This document shows positions 49,523 to 57,940 of a DNA stretch of 64,000 nt, piece by piece. Made by a program: the position numbers and the translations under genes. The stretch comes from Anaerohalosphaeraceae bacterium (GTDB lineage: Bacteria; Planctomycetota; Phycisphaerae; Sedimentisphaerales; Anaerohalosphaeraceae). Where the stretch lies: positions 128,001-192,000 of the forward strand of contig CAXXSL010000019.1 in NCBI GenBank assembly GCA_963675525.2, read 5' to 3'. Position 1 is the stretch's first letter. Every line of letters begins with the position of its first letter. The notes below the pieces were generated by a model. It was given only the letters and a program-made list of their open reading frames with translations, ran no database searches and was not told the origin of the DNA.

Positions 49523-51739
49523 ATGAACACAAAATGGTTGAACGTAGTAATTTTGTTGTTGGCGACAGGGTTTATGAGTAGTGCTATGGCCGATATTGCC
49601 TGGGACGGGGATGCCCTTGATACCCTCTGGCGCACGGGCACAAACTGGAGCCTTGATCGTGTTCCGGCTGTGGGCGATGGTGCCGTTTTTATCAATAACC
49701 AAACGAATGGCCCCTTGGTTTTGGTGGATTCGTCAACGACCGTATCGATTGACTGTGATATTTTTGGCCCGGAGTGGGGAATGACCCTGGAGATCGACGG
49801 TGGTAACTTGGCGACCACAGGCTGGTCGTTTGCTCCCGTTGGCGATGTCGCTGCCCCCTCTATTATCAACGTAAGAAATGGCGGTAACTTGACGGTCCAT
49901 AACCTGCTTCTCGGTGACAATTGGTGGTTTTGGACCGCCCCGGGTGTTATCATGAATGTGTATGACACCAGTACAGTAACTGCAACCGATTGGTGCTGGC
50001 TGGGCGGCAAGATGAATCTATATGGCGGAACCGTCGATATCACCGGTAGTTTTAATATGAACGCCAATCTCCAGAATAATGCTCATCTGGACATCGAAGC
50101 GGGGACGTTGATCATCCGCGGTGCCGATCTCAGCACCGCTGTGGCGGACTGGATAGCCGCAGGCCAATTGACAGCCTACGGCCTGACGCCTGGAAGTGGA
50201 GCCGATATCATTGTCGATAGCACAACAGTTCCCGGCGGTACAGTGATAACGGCGGTTTACAATTACCCTGCCACAAATCCCAGTGTAACTCCTCTCAATC
50301 CAAATGGGACCGTAGGGGACTTGGTTGGGAGTCCGGGCAGTGAGACAGTGAATGCGACATTAAACTGGTGGGCCGGTGGCGATCCCAATAATGTCGTCAA
50401 CCCTAACATCCTGACTCATTATGTTTATCTGTCAGGTGGCGAGGCAGACCCCAACCTGTATTACGAAGGCTCCGTTGCACAGATCAGCCTGACAGACCCC
50501 AATGCTTCGTATGCGCTTACCGGGTTATCCCAGAATACACTGTACTACTGGAGCGTTGAGGAAGGACTCGATGACGGCACAGGCAGCGCCTATCCTGCCG
50601 GAGACCCCAATAATATTGAGGGGCCGATTTGGTCTTTCTTGACAAAAGCAGCGACTCCGGTAATTACTGCCGATCCCGTGAATGCCACCGCGGATCCGGA
50701 TGCAACTTTTATGATAACAGACGACGGTATAGCCACCAGTTACCAATGGTATAAGGTGGGAACGCCGGACACCGCCCTGTCGGATACGGGGGCCTATTCC
50801 GGAACGGGTACAGCCACACTGACCGTGACAAACGCCTCGGTTGCTGAAGAAGGTCAGTATTACTGCGTTGCAATAAATGGGACGAAGACCGATACTTCCG
50901 CTTCGGCATATCTGTGGACGCAGCGTCTGATGGGACACTGGAAGTTTGATGGAAATATGCTGGATTCCGTTGCGGTTACAGTGACCGGAGCTCCCGCACA
51001 TGATGGTGCGATTGCCGGAAATGGCTCCGGGGATCCAAACTATGTTGTCAGCAACGGTCCGGACGGCAGCGATTCGATGCAGTTCTTCAATGACGGCGAC
51101 TTTGTTGCAATCGACGATGCGGACTTCTTTAACTTCTACCCGCTTGGATTTACCATGAGTTTCTGGTACAAGGAAAATGCGACAGTTGGATGGAGACTGC
51201 CCGCTTCCAAGCTGGATGGCGGTGTAGCTGGATGGTTGTTTGGCGTGGATACCGCAACCCGCGGTTGGCCGATCTTTTTCACGAATCCAGACGATGACGC
51301 GGCATACTGGGCCGATGGTGACGACACGATGGATCTTGCAGACGGTTTGTGGCACATGATTACCGCGGTCTATGATCCGGCTGATACAACGTATACCATC
51401 TTTACCGATGGCGATGAAAATGAATCCATCGTTCTCGATTTGTCTGCGTATCCGCTGGCAGCGGCACCGCTTTCAATCGGCGGCCGCGATACTGAATCAT
51501 CCGTGGACGGTTTCATTGACGATGTTCGGATTTACAGCGTTGCATTGACGCCGCTTCAAATCGCTCAACTTTATGTTGCGTTTGAGACGGATAAATGGGT
51601 GTGTGTAGAAGATCCGGAAAATCCTTTGAACGCGTATGACCTGACCGGTGACTGCCGTGTAAATCTGGCAGATTTTGCTGAGTTTGCGGCAAAATGGCTC
51701 GAATGTCAGCGTTATCCGGCGACTTCCTGTAATTTGTAA
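49523..51739 (+). CDS. Secreted multidomain protein: head shared with the upstream PEP-CTERM protein, Fn3-like, Ig, LamG, dockerin-like tail
   Basis: GPEWG...LTAYG head; YYWSVEE, GPIWSF; YQWYK...EEGQYYC (Ig); HWKFDGN, WHMITAVYD, IDDVRIY (LamG); YDLTGDCRVNLADFAEFAAKWLEC. Confidence 0.87.
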   Translation: MNTKWLNVVILLLATGFMSSAMADIAWDGDALDTLWRTGTNWSLDRVPAVGDGAVFINNQTNGPLVLVDSSTTVSIDCDIFGPEWGMTLEIDGGNLATTGWSFAPVGDVAAPSIINVRNGGNLTVHNLLLGDNWWFWTAPGVIMNVYDTSTVTATDWCWLGGKMNLYGGTVDITGSFNMNANLQNNAHLDIEAGTLIIRGADLSTAVADWIAAGQLTAYGLTPGSGADIIVDSTTVPGGTVITAVYNYPATNPSVTPLNPNGTVGDLVGSPGSETVNATLNWWAGGDPNNVVNPNILTHYVYLSGGEADPNLYYEGSVAQISLTDPNASYALTGLSQNTLYYWSVEEGLDDGTGSAYPAGDPNNIEGPIWSFLTKAATPVITADPVNATADPDATFMITDDGIATSYQWYKVGTPDTALSDTGAYSGTGTATLTVTNASVAEEGQYYCVAINGTKTDTSASAYLWTQRLMGHWKFDGNMLDSVAVTVTGAPAHDGAIAGNGSGDPNYVVSNGPDGSDSMQFFNDGDFVAIDDADFFNFYPLGFTMSFWYKENATVGWRLPASKLDGGVAGWLFGVDTATRGWPIFFTNPDDDAAYWADGDDTMDLADGLWHMITAVYDPADTTYTIFTDGDENESIVLDLSAYPLAAAPLSIGGRDTESSVDGFIDDVRIYSVALTPLQIAQLYVAFETDKWVCVEDPENPLNAYDLTGDCRVNLADFAEFAAKWLECQRYPATSCNL

Positions 51740-51773
51740 GAATCGGAGATGTTTAATTTTGGTTGTTAACGTT

Positions 51774-51809
51774 CACCCCGGCATGGATTTCCATGCCGGG
51801 GTGTTTTTT
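51774..51809 (+). terminator. Rho-independent terminator ending cassette 2
   Basis: CACCCCGGCATGG-ATTT-CCATGCCGGGGTG then TTTTTT. Confidence 0.85.
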
Positions 51810-51830
51810 ATCGTCCGACAATGACTTTTC

Positions 51831-52679
51831 CTACGCACTTTGCTCAAACTCCTTCTTCATCCCTATCTCTTTCTCCATGATATTCTTGAATCTGGCGCCG
51901 CTTATGGTATGGTCGGCAACGAGTTTGCCGTCGTACAGCACCCCGGCTACGGCATAAGGCCATGGTGCGTTCTGGGCTTGCCTGTAGCTTTTATAATCAA
52001 CGATTCTCGGTTCTATGCCGTATCTGGCTCTCGCTATCTCAGTAATATCATTTACCATTTTTGCGTTATGAGGACATTGGCCGGAAGTGATAATCACAAG
52101 GCCCTTTCCGAATTTCTTTCGCTTCTTATCCCATTGCCCCTTAAAGCTCGGTGTGGGATCGGATTTCCTGAATTTCTTCACCAGCAGTGAAAAGTCCGGC
52201 AGTGCCGTCTCAACCTCCTCGAACCCGTTCTTAAGAAACAATTCCTTTCCGGCCATCCAGGTACCCTCGCGTGTAACAACAGCCGCACCGTGCATATTTG
52301 CATTCCTGGCATCCTTTACGCAAGCCTCTATAAGGTGTGTGCCGTAACCTCTGCTCTTGAACCTGGCCTCCATGTAGATGCAGTGTATGAACATGTAGCC
52401 TTTAGCGTTCACGGCCCTCCATGCGCGTTCACCGGGTACGTACTCAATGTACCCCGCGATACCTTCATCCGGTGTGTTGAGCATCTTGGCCTTTAATCCT
52501 TCGGACATACGTTTCCTGAGCCACTGGAACTTGTGTTGATAAGGGGCTTTGGTCGAATTTTTGTGCCCGCACAGCGGCACCTTTCCCGCATCCTTCGGTG
52601 TCATCTCGATAATTCGCGCCGTTGCCTGCGGTTTCTTAGATGTTTTCATAGTAACCCTGATTCCATTATTCTTATTCAT
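51831..52679 (-). CDS. GNAT acetyltransferase with YoaP-like C-terminal domain
   Basis: GYIEYVPGERAWRAV, YMFIHC, RGYGTHL, FLKNGF, QCPH, AQNAP; start ATG 52679 overlaps the upstream stop. Confidence 0.85.
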   Translation of the reverse strand: MNKNNGIRVTMKTSKKPQATARIIEMTPKDAGKVPLCGHKNSTKAPYQHKFQWLRKRMSEGLKAKMLNTPDEGIAGYIEYVPGERAWRAVNAKGYMFIHCIYMEARFKSRGYGTHLIEACVKDARNANMHGAAVVTREGTWMAGKELFLKNGFEEVETALPDFSLLVKKFRKSDPTPSFKGQWDKKRKKFGKGLVIITSGQCPHNAKMVNDITEIARARYGIEPRIVDYKSYRQAQNAPWPYAVAGVLYDGKLVADHTISGARFKNIMEKEIGMKKEFEQSA

Positions 52680-53482
52680 TTCAATACCTGCACTGTAAAG
52701 CAAGAAGTGAGTTGAAAAATATCCTTAATGGGAATATCCAGATTATCAAAGAGCTTTTTAATATCATTTACATTTCTACATGGCACGGACTCCGGCACTG
52801 ATGCGATCAGTTCGTCCGGCTTATCAATACGCTTCCACATCTTTGTCCATCGTTTCACGGCTTGTCGTTCTTTGAAATCCATATTGACACGGAGTTTAAC
52901 CAGCATCAATAAAGCACTGATTAAGTTGATATCTGCTTCATGTGCAATAGTCTTAAGGAGGTTGAGAGGTTTGAGTCTGAACAATTTATACATTCTTTTT
53001 AGACGCCATCTGCTCTTATCTGTGAGTAATCCTAAATATCTCATTAGTTTTTCACCTTGAGGAGGAAGCCGATAAAACGCAATTAACACCGTTCCGTTTT
53101 TATGAGTTACTCGCTTCGCTTCGTTCAGTATCGAATGTATTTGTTTCTCATCGTCAATAAAATCAATTACGCCTGTCGCTATAATAGATGTTCGGTAAGT
53201 GCCGTCGCTGAGGGGTATTTTCTTGCCATTTGCCAAAATGATATCCAGGCCTCTTCGCTTTTTAGCGAAAGCAACCATTTCCGGCTCTGCATCTATTCCG
53301 TCAACGCTTAATCCTTTTTTGCGTAATGCTTCCACCAGCATACCTTGCCCCGCTCCAATAATCAGTGCGGGATCTTCAACCATATGAGATAGTTTTTCGA
53401 TGCTATCCAGATCCAGGAAATTATCTTCAATATACGACCAATATGGCGACGATGATTTCCAATACAAATATTGATCGGTCAT
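52676..53482 (-). CDS. Class I SAM-dependent methyltransferase
   Basis: LIIGAGQG motif I, GIDAEPEMV, IPLSDGTY, LNEAKRV. Confidence 0.8.
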   Translation of the reverse strand: MTDQYLYWKSSSPYWSYIEDNFLDLDSIEKLSHMVEDPALIIGAGQGMLVEALRKKGLSVDGIDAEPEMVAFAKKRRGLDIILANGKKIPLSDGTYRTSIIATGVIDFIDDEKQIHSILNEAKRVTHKNGTVLIAFYRLPPQGEKLMRYLGLLTDKSRWRLKRMYKLFRLKPLNLLKTIAHEADINLISALLMLVKLRVNMDFKERQAVKRWTKMWKRIDKPDELIASVPESVPCRNVNDIKKLFDNLDIPIKDIFQLTSCFTVQVLK

Positions 53483-53728
53483 GTAAAATCTCCTAAATCC
53501 AGCATTAATAATATACCAAATTCAAGGCAGATTTCAACGGTGGATTTAACCGTGTAATGAAATATGAATAGGCAATAGGGCCTGTCTGAGTAATGCCGAT
53601 CATAAAAGGGTGAGGGGGAGACCGAGGGGGTAGGGTATTTTCATAGTTGATTTCTTGGAAGTAGGTATGTAGGATATAAATCGTTGTAAATAACAAGAAC
53701 TGTTTTTAGAGATTGACAGGCTTGGAAA

Positions 53729-54049
53729 ATGATGGGACCATTTTATAACTATCGAGATTCTAATCATTTGCTCGAACTAATAAAGAAGTTAGAAGATTCA
53801 GGCATCAAGATTTGTGAAAATATAAATCAAAATTATACTTGTTATGATATTCATAAAGGTCTTGGTTATGTTGTAGCGATTATAGGATACTATGAAACCA
53901 AAGACTCCCTCTACTTAGCTTATGGCCATACTAACAATCCTTTTCTGTGGTATCATGATGGCAAACTACTAAAGACCATACAGGATGTTCTAGAGTCGAA
54001 TGGCTCTGAGATGATTTTTCCAGAAAGTATATATCCTAAAGAGAAATAA
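53729..54049 (+). CDS. Hypothetical protein (AT-rich)
   Basis: 106-codon ORF with protein-like composition in low-GC DNA; no motif recognised. Confidence 0.5.
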   Translation: MMGPFYNYRDSNHLLELIKKLEDSGIKICENINQNYTCYDIHKGLGYVVAIIGYYETKDSLYLAYGHTNNPFLWYHDGKLLKTIQDVLESNGSEMIFPESIYPKEK

Positions 54050-54151
54050 CGGAGCCTAATGAAGGGGAGAGGCGGACCGAGGAAGTATAGCAAGCAGAGA
54101 CTCCTCATCCTTTTTTATGCAGTTTGTTCTTTCCACTCCATTTTCATCCAC

Positions 54152-54278
54152 GAAATTAGACACCAACTACACACTAAAACACACAAACTGCGTAGATACT
54201 GCGTAGAAATAAATACCATTAATTATTCTATTTTTTCTATGTCCACAAAAAAAGCGTTGTAAGTTATGTTCTTACAAC
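54152..54278. repeat. Direct repeat copy 2, next to the tRNA-Asn 3' end
   Basis: 54218-54278 matches 43704-43764 at 57/61; includes tandem ACTGCGTAGA x2 and GTTGTAAG-N7-CTTACAAC. Confidence 0.9.
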
Positions 54279-54280
54279 GC
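54247..54280 (-). terminator. Probable intrinsic terminator of tRNA-Asn
   Basis: Minus strand GCGTTGTAAG-AACATAA-CTTACAACGC-TTTTTTT about 10 nt after the tRNA. Confidence 0.65.
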
Positions 54281-54290
54281 CTTAATAAAG

Positions 54291-54363
54291 CTCCCCGAGT
54301 AGGGTTCGAACCTACGACCTAGCGGTTAACAGCCGCTCGCTCTACCAATTGAGCTATCGGGGA
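54291..54363 (-). tRNA. tRNA-Asn(GTT), CCA not encoded
   Basis: TCCCCGATAGCTCAATTGGTAGAGCGAGCGGCTGTTAACCGCTAGGTCGTAGGTTCGAACCCTACTCGGGGAG; all four stems pair. Confidence 0.97.
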
Positions 54364-54600
54364 CTCTTTACCTTATCTGCCAAGTTGGTAATCCGCAGAA
54401 AACACATATTTTGCAAAAAAACCTTAAATTGTCAAGGCCTGGGTGCAAAAAAAGTGTAAATATCCGCTAAAAATGCACCCAAAGCTGGACAAGAGTGCTT
54501 GAATTAGCTACAATTTTTACAGTAGGAATTTTTCATTTCGCTGTAGTTTAATGGAAATAAATGAAAAAAGGGCTCTAAAACTGACGATATATAGGTAGCT

Positions 54601-55470
54601 ATGGAAAAAAGCATCATTGATATAGATGGTTATACGATTCTCAACCGATTGGGCACAGGTGCGCGGACGACGATTTACAAAGCCAAAGAAGAGGCTACCG
54701 GGCGGATTGTGGCCCTCAAACGGGCTGTTCTGGAAAGTCCCGAAGACACACGCATTTTTGACCAGATGGAATCCGAATACAGGGTTGCCCGCCAAGTTGA
54801 TCACCCTTACATTCGCCAGTGTTACGAATTGATCCGCGTTCGTAAGATGTTGCGAACAAATGAGATGTATCTAACGATGGAGTTTTTCGACGGTCAGAGT
54901 CTTGAAGAGAACCGCCGGCTTAGCCTTGGCGATGTTTTGCTGGTATTTCGCATGGTGGCGATGGGTTTGAATGCCATGCACGAAAAAGGGTTTGTTCACT
55001 GCGACATTAAGCCGAACAACATCCTATTTAGCAAGAAGGGCGCCATTAAGGTGATTGACTTGGGCCAAAGCTGCAAACTGGGAGATATCAAAAAGCGCAT
55101 CCAAGGTACCCCCGATTACATTGCGCCTGAACAGGTCCGACGCGAACATCTTAGCCATCGTACAGATATTTTTAATCTGGGCGCAACAATGCACTGGGCG
55201 CTGACCGGCAAAAATGTACCGACACTGATTCCGCAGAAAAACGAATACGGGATCGCCATCGACCCGATCAATTCTTTCAAGTCGCCTCATGAGATTTACC
55301 CCAAGATTCCCAAACCGCTGTCAGACCTGGTGGTTGAATGTGTTCAGGAAAAACCGTCTAAACGCCCGGCGAACATGGGCGAGATCATCGGCAGACTGGA
55401 CCTAATGATTCGAGAAATTTTTGTATCCCGAACGACGAATGCCCCAACAGTCAATAAAACTCTGCCGTGA
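54601..55470 (+). CDS. Hanks-type Ser/Thr protein kinase (kinase domain only)
   Basis: LGTGA, VALK, HCDIKPNN, DLG, GTPDYIAPE, TDIFNLG. Confidence 0.92.
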   Translation: MEKSIIDIDGYTILNRLGTGARTTIYKAKEEATGRIVALKRAVLESPEDTRIFDQMESEYRVARQVDHPYIRQCYELIRVRKMLRTNEMYLTMEFFDGQSLEENRRLSLGDVLLVFRMVAMGLNAMHEKGFVHCDIKPNNILFSKKGAIKVIDLGQSCKLGDIKKRIQGTPDYIAPEQVRREHLSHRTDIFNLGATMHWALTGKNVPTLIPQKNEYGIAIDPINSFKSPHEIYPKIPKPLSDLVVECVQEKPSKRPANMGEIIGRLDLMIREIFVSRTTNAPTVNKTLP

Positions 55471-56287
55471 AGGTGCCGCCTTAAATCGGTCATGCCGTTA
55501 TCGTATCGGCAATGTCATTGAGCTCCCTAAAACGGGTCATGTCATTGTAACGGGTGATTTGCACGGTCATTGGCGCAATTTCGAGCGCATTACAAAGCTG
55601 GCCGACCTCGAAAACAATCCCGAGACCCACGTTATCCTGCAGGAGATCATTCATGGCGGTCCGGAAGATGACTTTGGAGGGTGTCTGTCGTTTCGCTTGT
55701 TGTTTGAGGCCATCCGCTACAAGATACGCTTTCCCGAACAAGTGCATATTATACTCGGCAATCATGACACTGCCGCCGTGTGCAACAGCGCCGTGCTGAA
55801 AGGCGGTAAAGAGATGAACCGCGCGATGCAGCAGGCGATGAAACGGAATTTCGATCAACATTACAGTGATGTGTACGATGCGATGGTCGAGTATCTTATG
55901 AGTCAGCCGCTGGCGGTTCGCTGTGCTAACCGGGTTTGGATGTCGCATTCGCTTCCAGCCGACCAATATGTCGAAAACTTCGACCTGTCGATTTTCAACC
56001 GGGAATATACACTCGATGACATTGAACGGCCGAATCCGGTGTACCTGCTGACGTGGGGCCGGCGGCATTCGAATGCTGCATTGGTCCGTCTGGCCGAAAT
56101 GTTTGATGCCGACACTTTCGTCCTCGGCCACCAGCCGCAGGAAACCGGCTGGTCTCTGGTTGAGCCGAATACACTCATCATCGCTTCTGAACACAGCTTT
56201 GGATGTGTCCTGAAATTTGATCTTAGCAAATCCTATACTGCCCGTGAGTTAGCCGAATGTATTGTTATACTGAACGCCATTGAATAA
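55439..56287 (+). CDS. Calcineurin-like metallophosphoesterase
   Basis: GDLHG, QEIIHGG (variant second motif), GNHD, SHS, GHQ; overlaps the kinase 3' end. Confidence 0.85.
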   Translation: MPQQSIKLCREGAALNRSCRYRIGNVIELPKTGHVIVTGDLHGHWRNFERITKLADLENNPETHVILQEIIHGGPEDDFGGCLSFRLLFEAIRYKIRFPEQVHIILGNHDTAAVCNSAVLKGGKEMNRAMQQAMKRNFDQHYSDVYDAMVEYLMSQPLAVRCANRVWMSHSLPADQYVENFDLSIFNREYTLDDIERPNPVYLLTWGRRHSNAALVRLAEMFDADTFVLGHQPQETGWSLVEPNTLIIASEHSFGCVLKFDLSKSYTARELAECIVILNAIE

Positions 56288-56348
56288 GGCAGATGGTATT
56301 GTGTTATGACAATAATAAGATTTCGTCGGCTTTTCATTGAGACTTGCT

Positions 56349-57296
56349 TTAAGAGACGCCGACGATAGTGATTTTGTTTTTACCCGAGCGTTTTGCTTCG
56401 AGCATCGCGTGGTCGGCTTTTTCAAAAAGTGCTTCCGCGGTTTTGGCATCAACCGGATAGGTGGCCAATCCGCCGCTGATAGTGAGCTTTCCCTTCCCCT
56501 TGTGGCCGAGGCATTCGAACTCGGCCTGGCTCATTTCCGCACAAAATCGCTCGGCCATGAACCGGACTTTCCGGGGGTGATCCTGACTGGTGTGGCGGCG
56601 GTCGTCGTTTGGCCTTTCTTCCGGCAGGTCCCAGAAGATGACAGCGAATTCATCGCCGCCAAGGCGTACAACGACATCATGTTCTCGACAGCATCGGCGT
56701 ATTAGCCGGGCTGTTTGAGCTAGCACCGTATCGCCGGTAGAGTGGCCGAATGTGTCATTGTAATGCTTGAAATTGTCCAGATCAAACAATAGCAGCGTGA
56801 CACGTGTATTACTTTCCTTGGCGGCATTGATAATGGCAGGCAGAAACTGACGCAGATACCGGCGGTTCTTCAGGCCGGTCAAATCATCCTGTGTGACAAG
56901 TTCTTCCAGCATGCGAATACGTTCGTTTTTACTGAAAGTGTTTACGTCTGAGGGTGTGGATTTCATTTGCGAGAGCGAAGACGATAGCGGCAGCAGAAAG
57001 TAGTCCTTGACCAATGCCGCATTTCGCAGACCGATTGCTTCAGGCTCTTCGGACATATTTATCAGCAGGTATAATGTCGAAGCGGCCGCGGCCTGTGACA
57101 GGGCTGTCAGTGCCTGAGCTTTGGGTTCCGGCAGTTGGCTTAGCACGACGTAGATTGCATGATACGGGCCGTTTTTGACTGCGGCGAATGCTTCGAATAT
57201 GTTGCTGCAGCGGTCGGCTGAGAGCATTTCTACGGTTCTGTTTGTAGTGGTACCGATCAGAAGATTCGGATGTTGCGACGTGCGGTTTTTCATCAT
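56349..57296 (-). CDS. Diguanylate cyclase (GGDEF) with degenerate receiver-like N-terminus
   Basis: DDLTGLKNRR, DLDNFK.YND.FGH, REHD I-site then RLGGDEF, AD.AM.EAK. Confidence 0.9.
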   Translation of the reverse strand: MMKNRTSQHPNLLIGTTTNRTVEMLSADRCSNIFEAFAAVKNGPYHAIYVVLSQLPEPKAQALTALSQAAAASTLYLLINMSEEPEAIGLRNAALVKDYFLLPLSSSLSQMKSTPSDVNTFSKNERIRMLEELVTQDDLTGLKNRRYLRQFLPAIINAAKESNTRVTLLLFDLDNFKHYNDTFGHSTGDTVLAQTARLIRRCCREHDVVVRLGGDEFAVIFWDLPEERPNDDRRHTSQDHPRKVRFMAERFCAEMSQAEFECLGHKGKGKLTISGGLATYPVDAKTAEALFEKADHAMLEAKRSGKNKITIVGVS

Positions 57297-57796
57297 CCGG
57301 CTCCTAACAGGGCGTCCAACTCTTCATCGCTCAGTGTGTATTCATCGTCGGTTATTTTTTGGGCGATGTGTTTAGAGTCTTCCAGGTCGTGGTGGACCTG
57401 ATTCCGGATCCATGTGTTTCGGAAAGCCGTGATGACTCGGCGAAGTTGTTCGGTATTACTGACCATGACCATACCGTGATCGCTGATCGTTCCGAAGGAT
57501 GCATCGTTGGATGCTTCTCCGGGACCGAGCCAACCGATCAGATGCAGGTCAGGGTAGTACTGAAGTGCCGAAACCAGACATGGCTTGGTGAGCATAGCCG
57601 GACGGGCGATGAGAATTGCCGGATGTTCCTGTGTTACTTGATGCAGGTGCACAAGAACATCATACACCGACCTGCATAGCAGACACTCACCTTGGTCCTG
57701 TGTTGTAATCGCACTGACCTGAGCAGAAAGCGTATCTGCCGGTCTGGCCAGCACCAGGATATTCCCGTCCAATATTCTTGCCATGGTTTGCATCAC
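57293..57796 (-). CDS. Hypothetical protein (receiver-like fold possible) with C-terminal LSDEELDALL peptide
   Basis: 167 aa; overlaps the GGDEF gene by 4 nt; GGAGA upstream. Confidence 0.65.
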   Translation of the reverse strand: MMQTMARILDGNILVLARPADTLSAQVSAITTQDQGECLLCRSVYDVLVHLHQVTQEHPAILIARPAMLTKPCLVSALQYYPDLHLIGWLGPGEASNDASFGTISDHGMVMVSNTEQLRRVITAFRNTWIRNQVHHDLEDSKHIAQKITDDEYTLSDEELDALLGAG

Positions 57797-57888
57797 CCGA
57801 AATCTCCGATAGCCACATATCTCATCCTACGAAATTCGACTGGGAAAGTCAATTGAAATTGCTGTTTTAGGCCACATTGGCGGCGCAT

Positions 57889-57920
57889 AAAAAAGGCTCG
57901 AAAGACAGCTTCCGAGCCTT
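57889..57920 (-). terminator. Intrinsic terminator after the wzc-like gene
   Basis: Minus strand AAGGCTCGGAAG-CTGT-CTTTCGAGCC-TTTTTT. Confidence 0.7.
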
Positions 57921-57940
57921 GGATTGGTTTACAGATCGGA

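Noticed and set aside
48590..50250. Diversity-generating retroelement template/variable repeat pair
   Set aside because: Both copies are coding, differences are not adenine-specific, and there is no reverse transcriptase in the window
53505..53696. 63-aa ORF, and 54059-54262
   Set aside because: No motif or RBS support; the second runs through the non-coding repeat
43649..54278. CRISPR array or integron attC sites
   Set aside because: Only two copies 10.5 kb apart; no spacers, cas genes, intI or attC boxes
43992..54596. GACGAT(T)ATATAGG upstream of both ECF sigma 2 and the Ser/Thr kinase as a sigma-28-like promoter
   Set aside because: Two AT-rich instances without a convincing -35 at the right spacing
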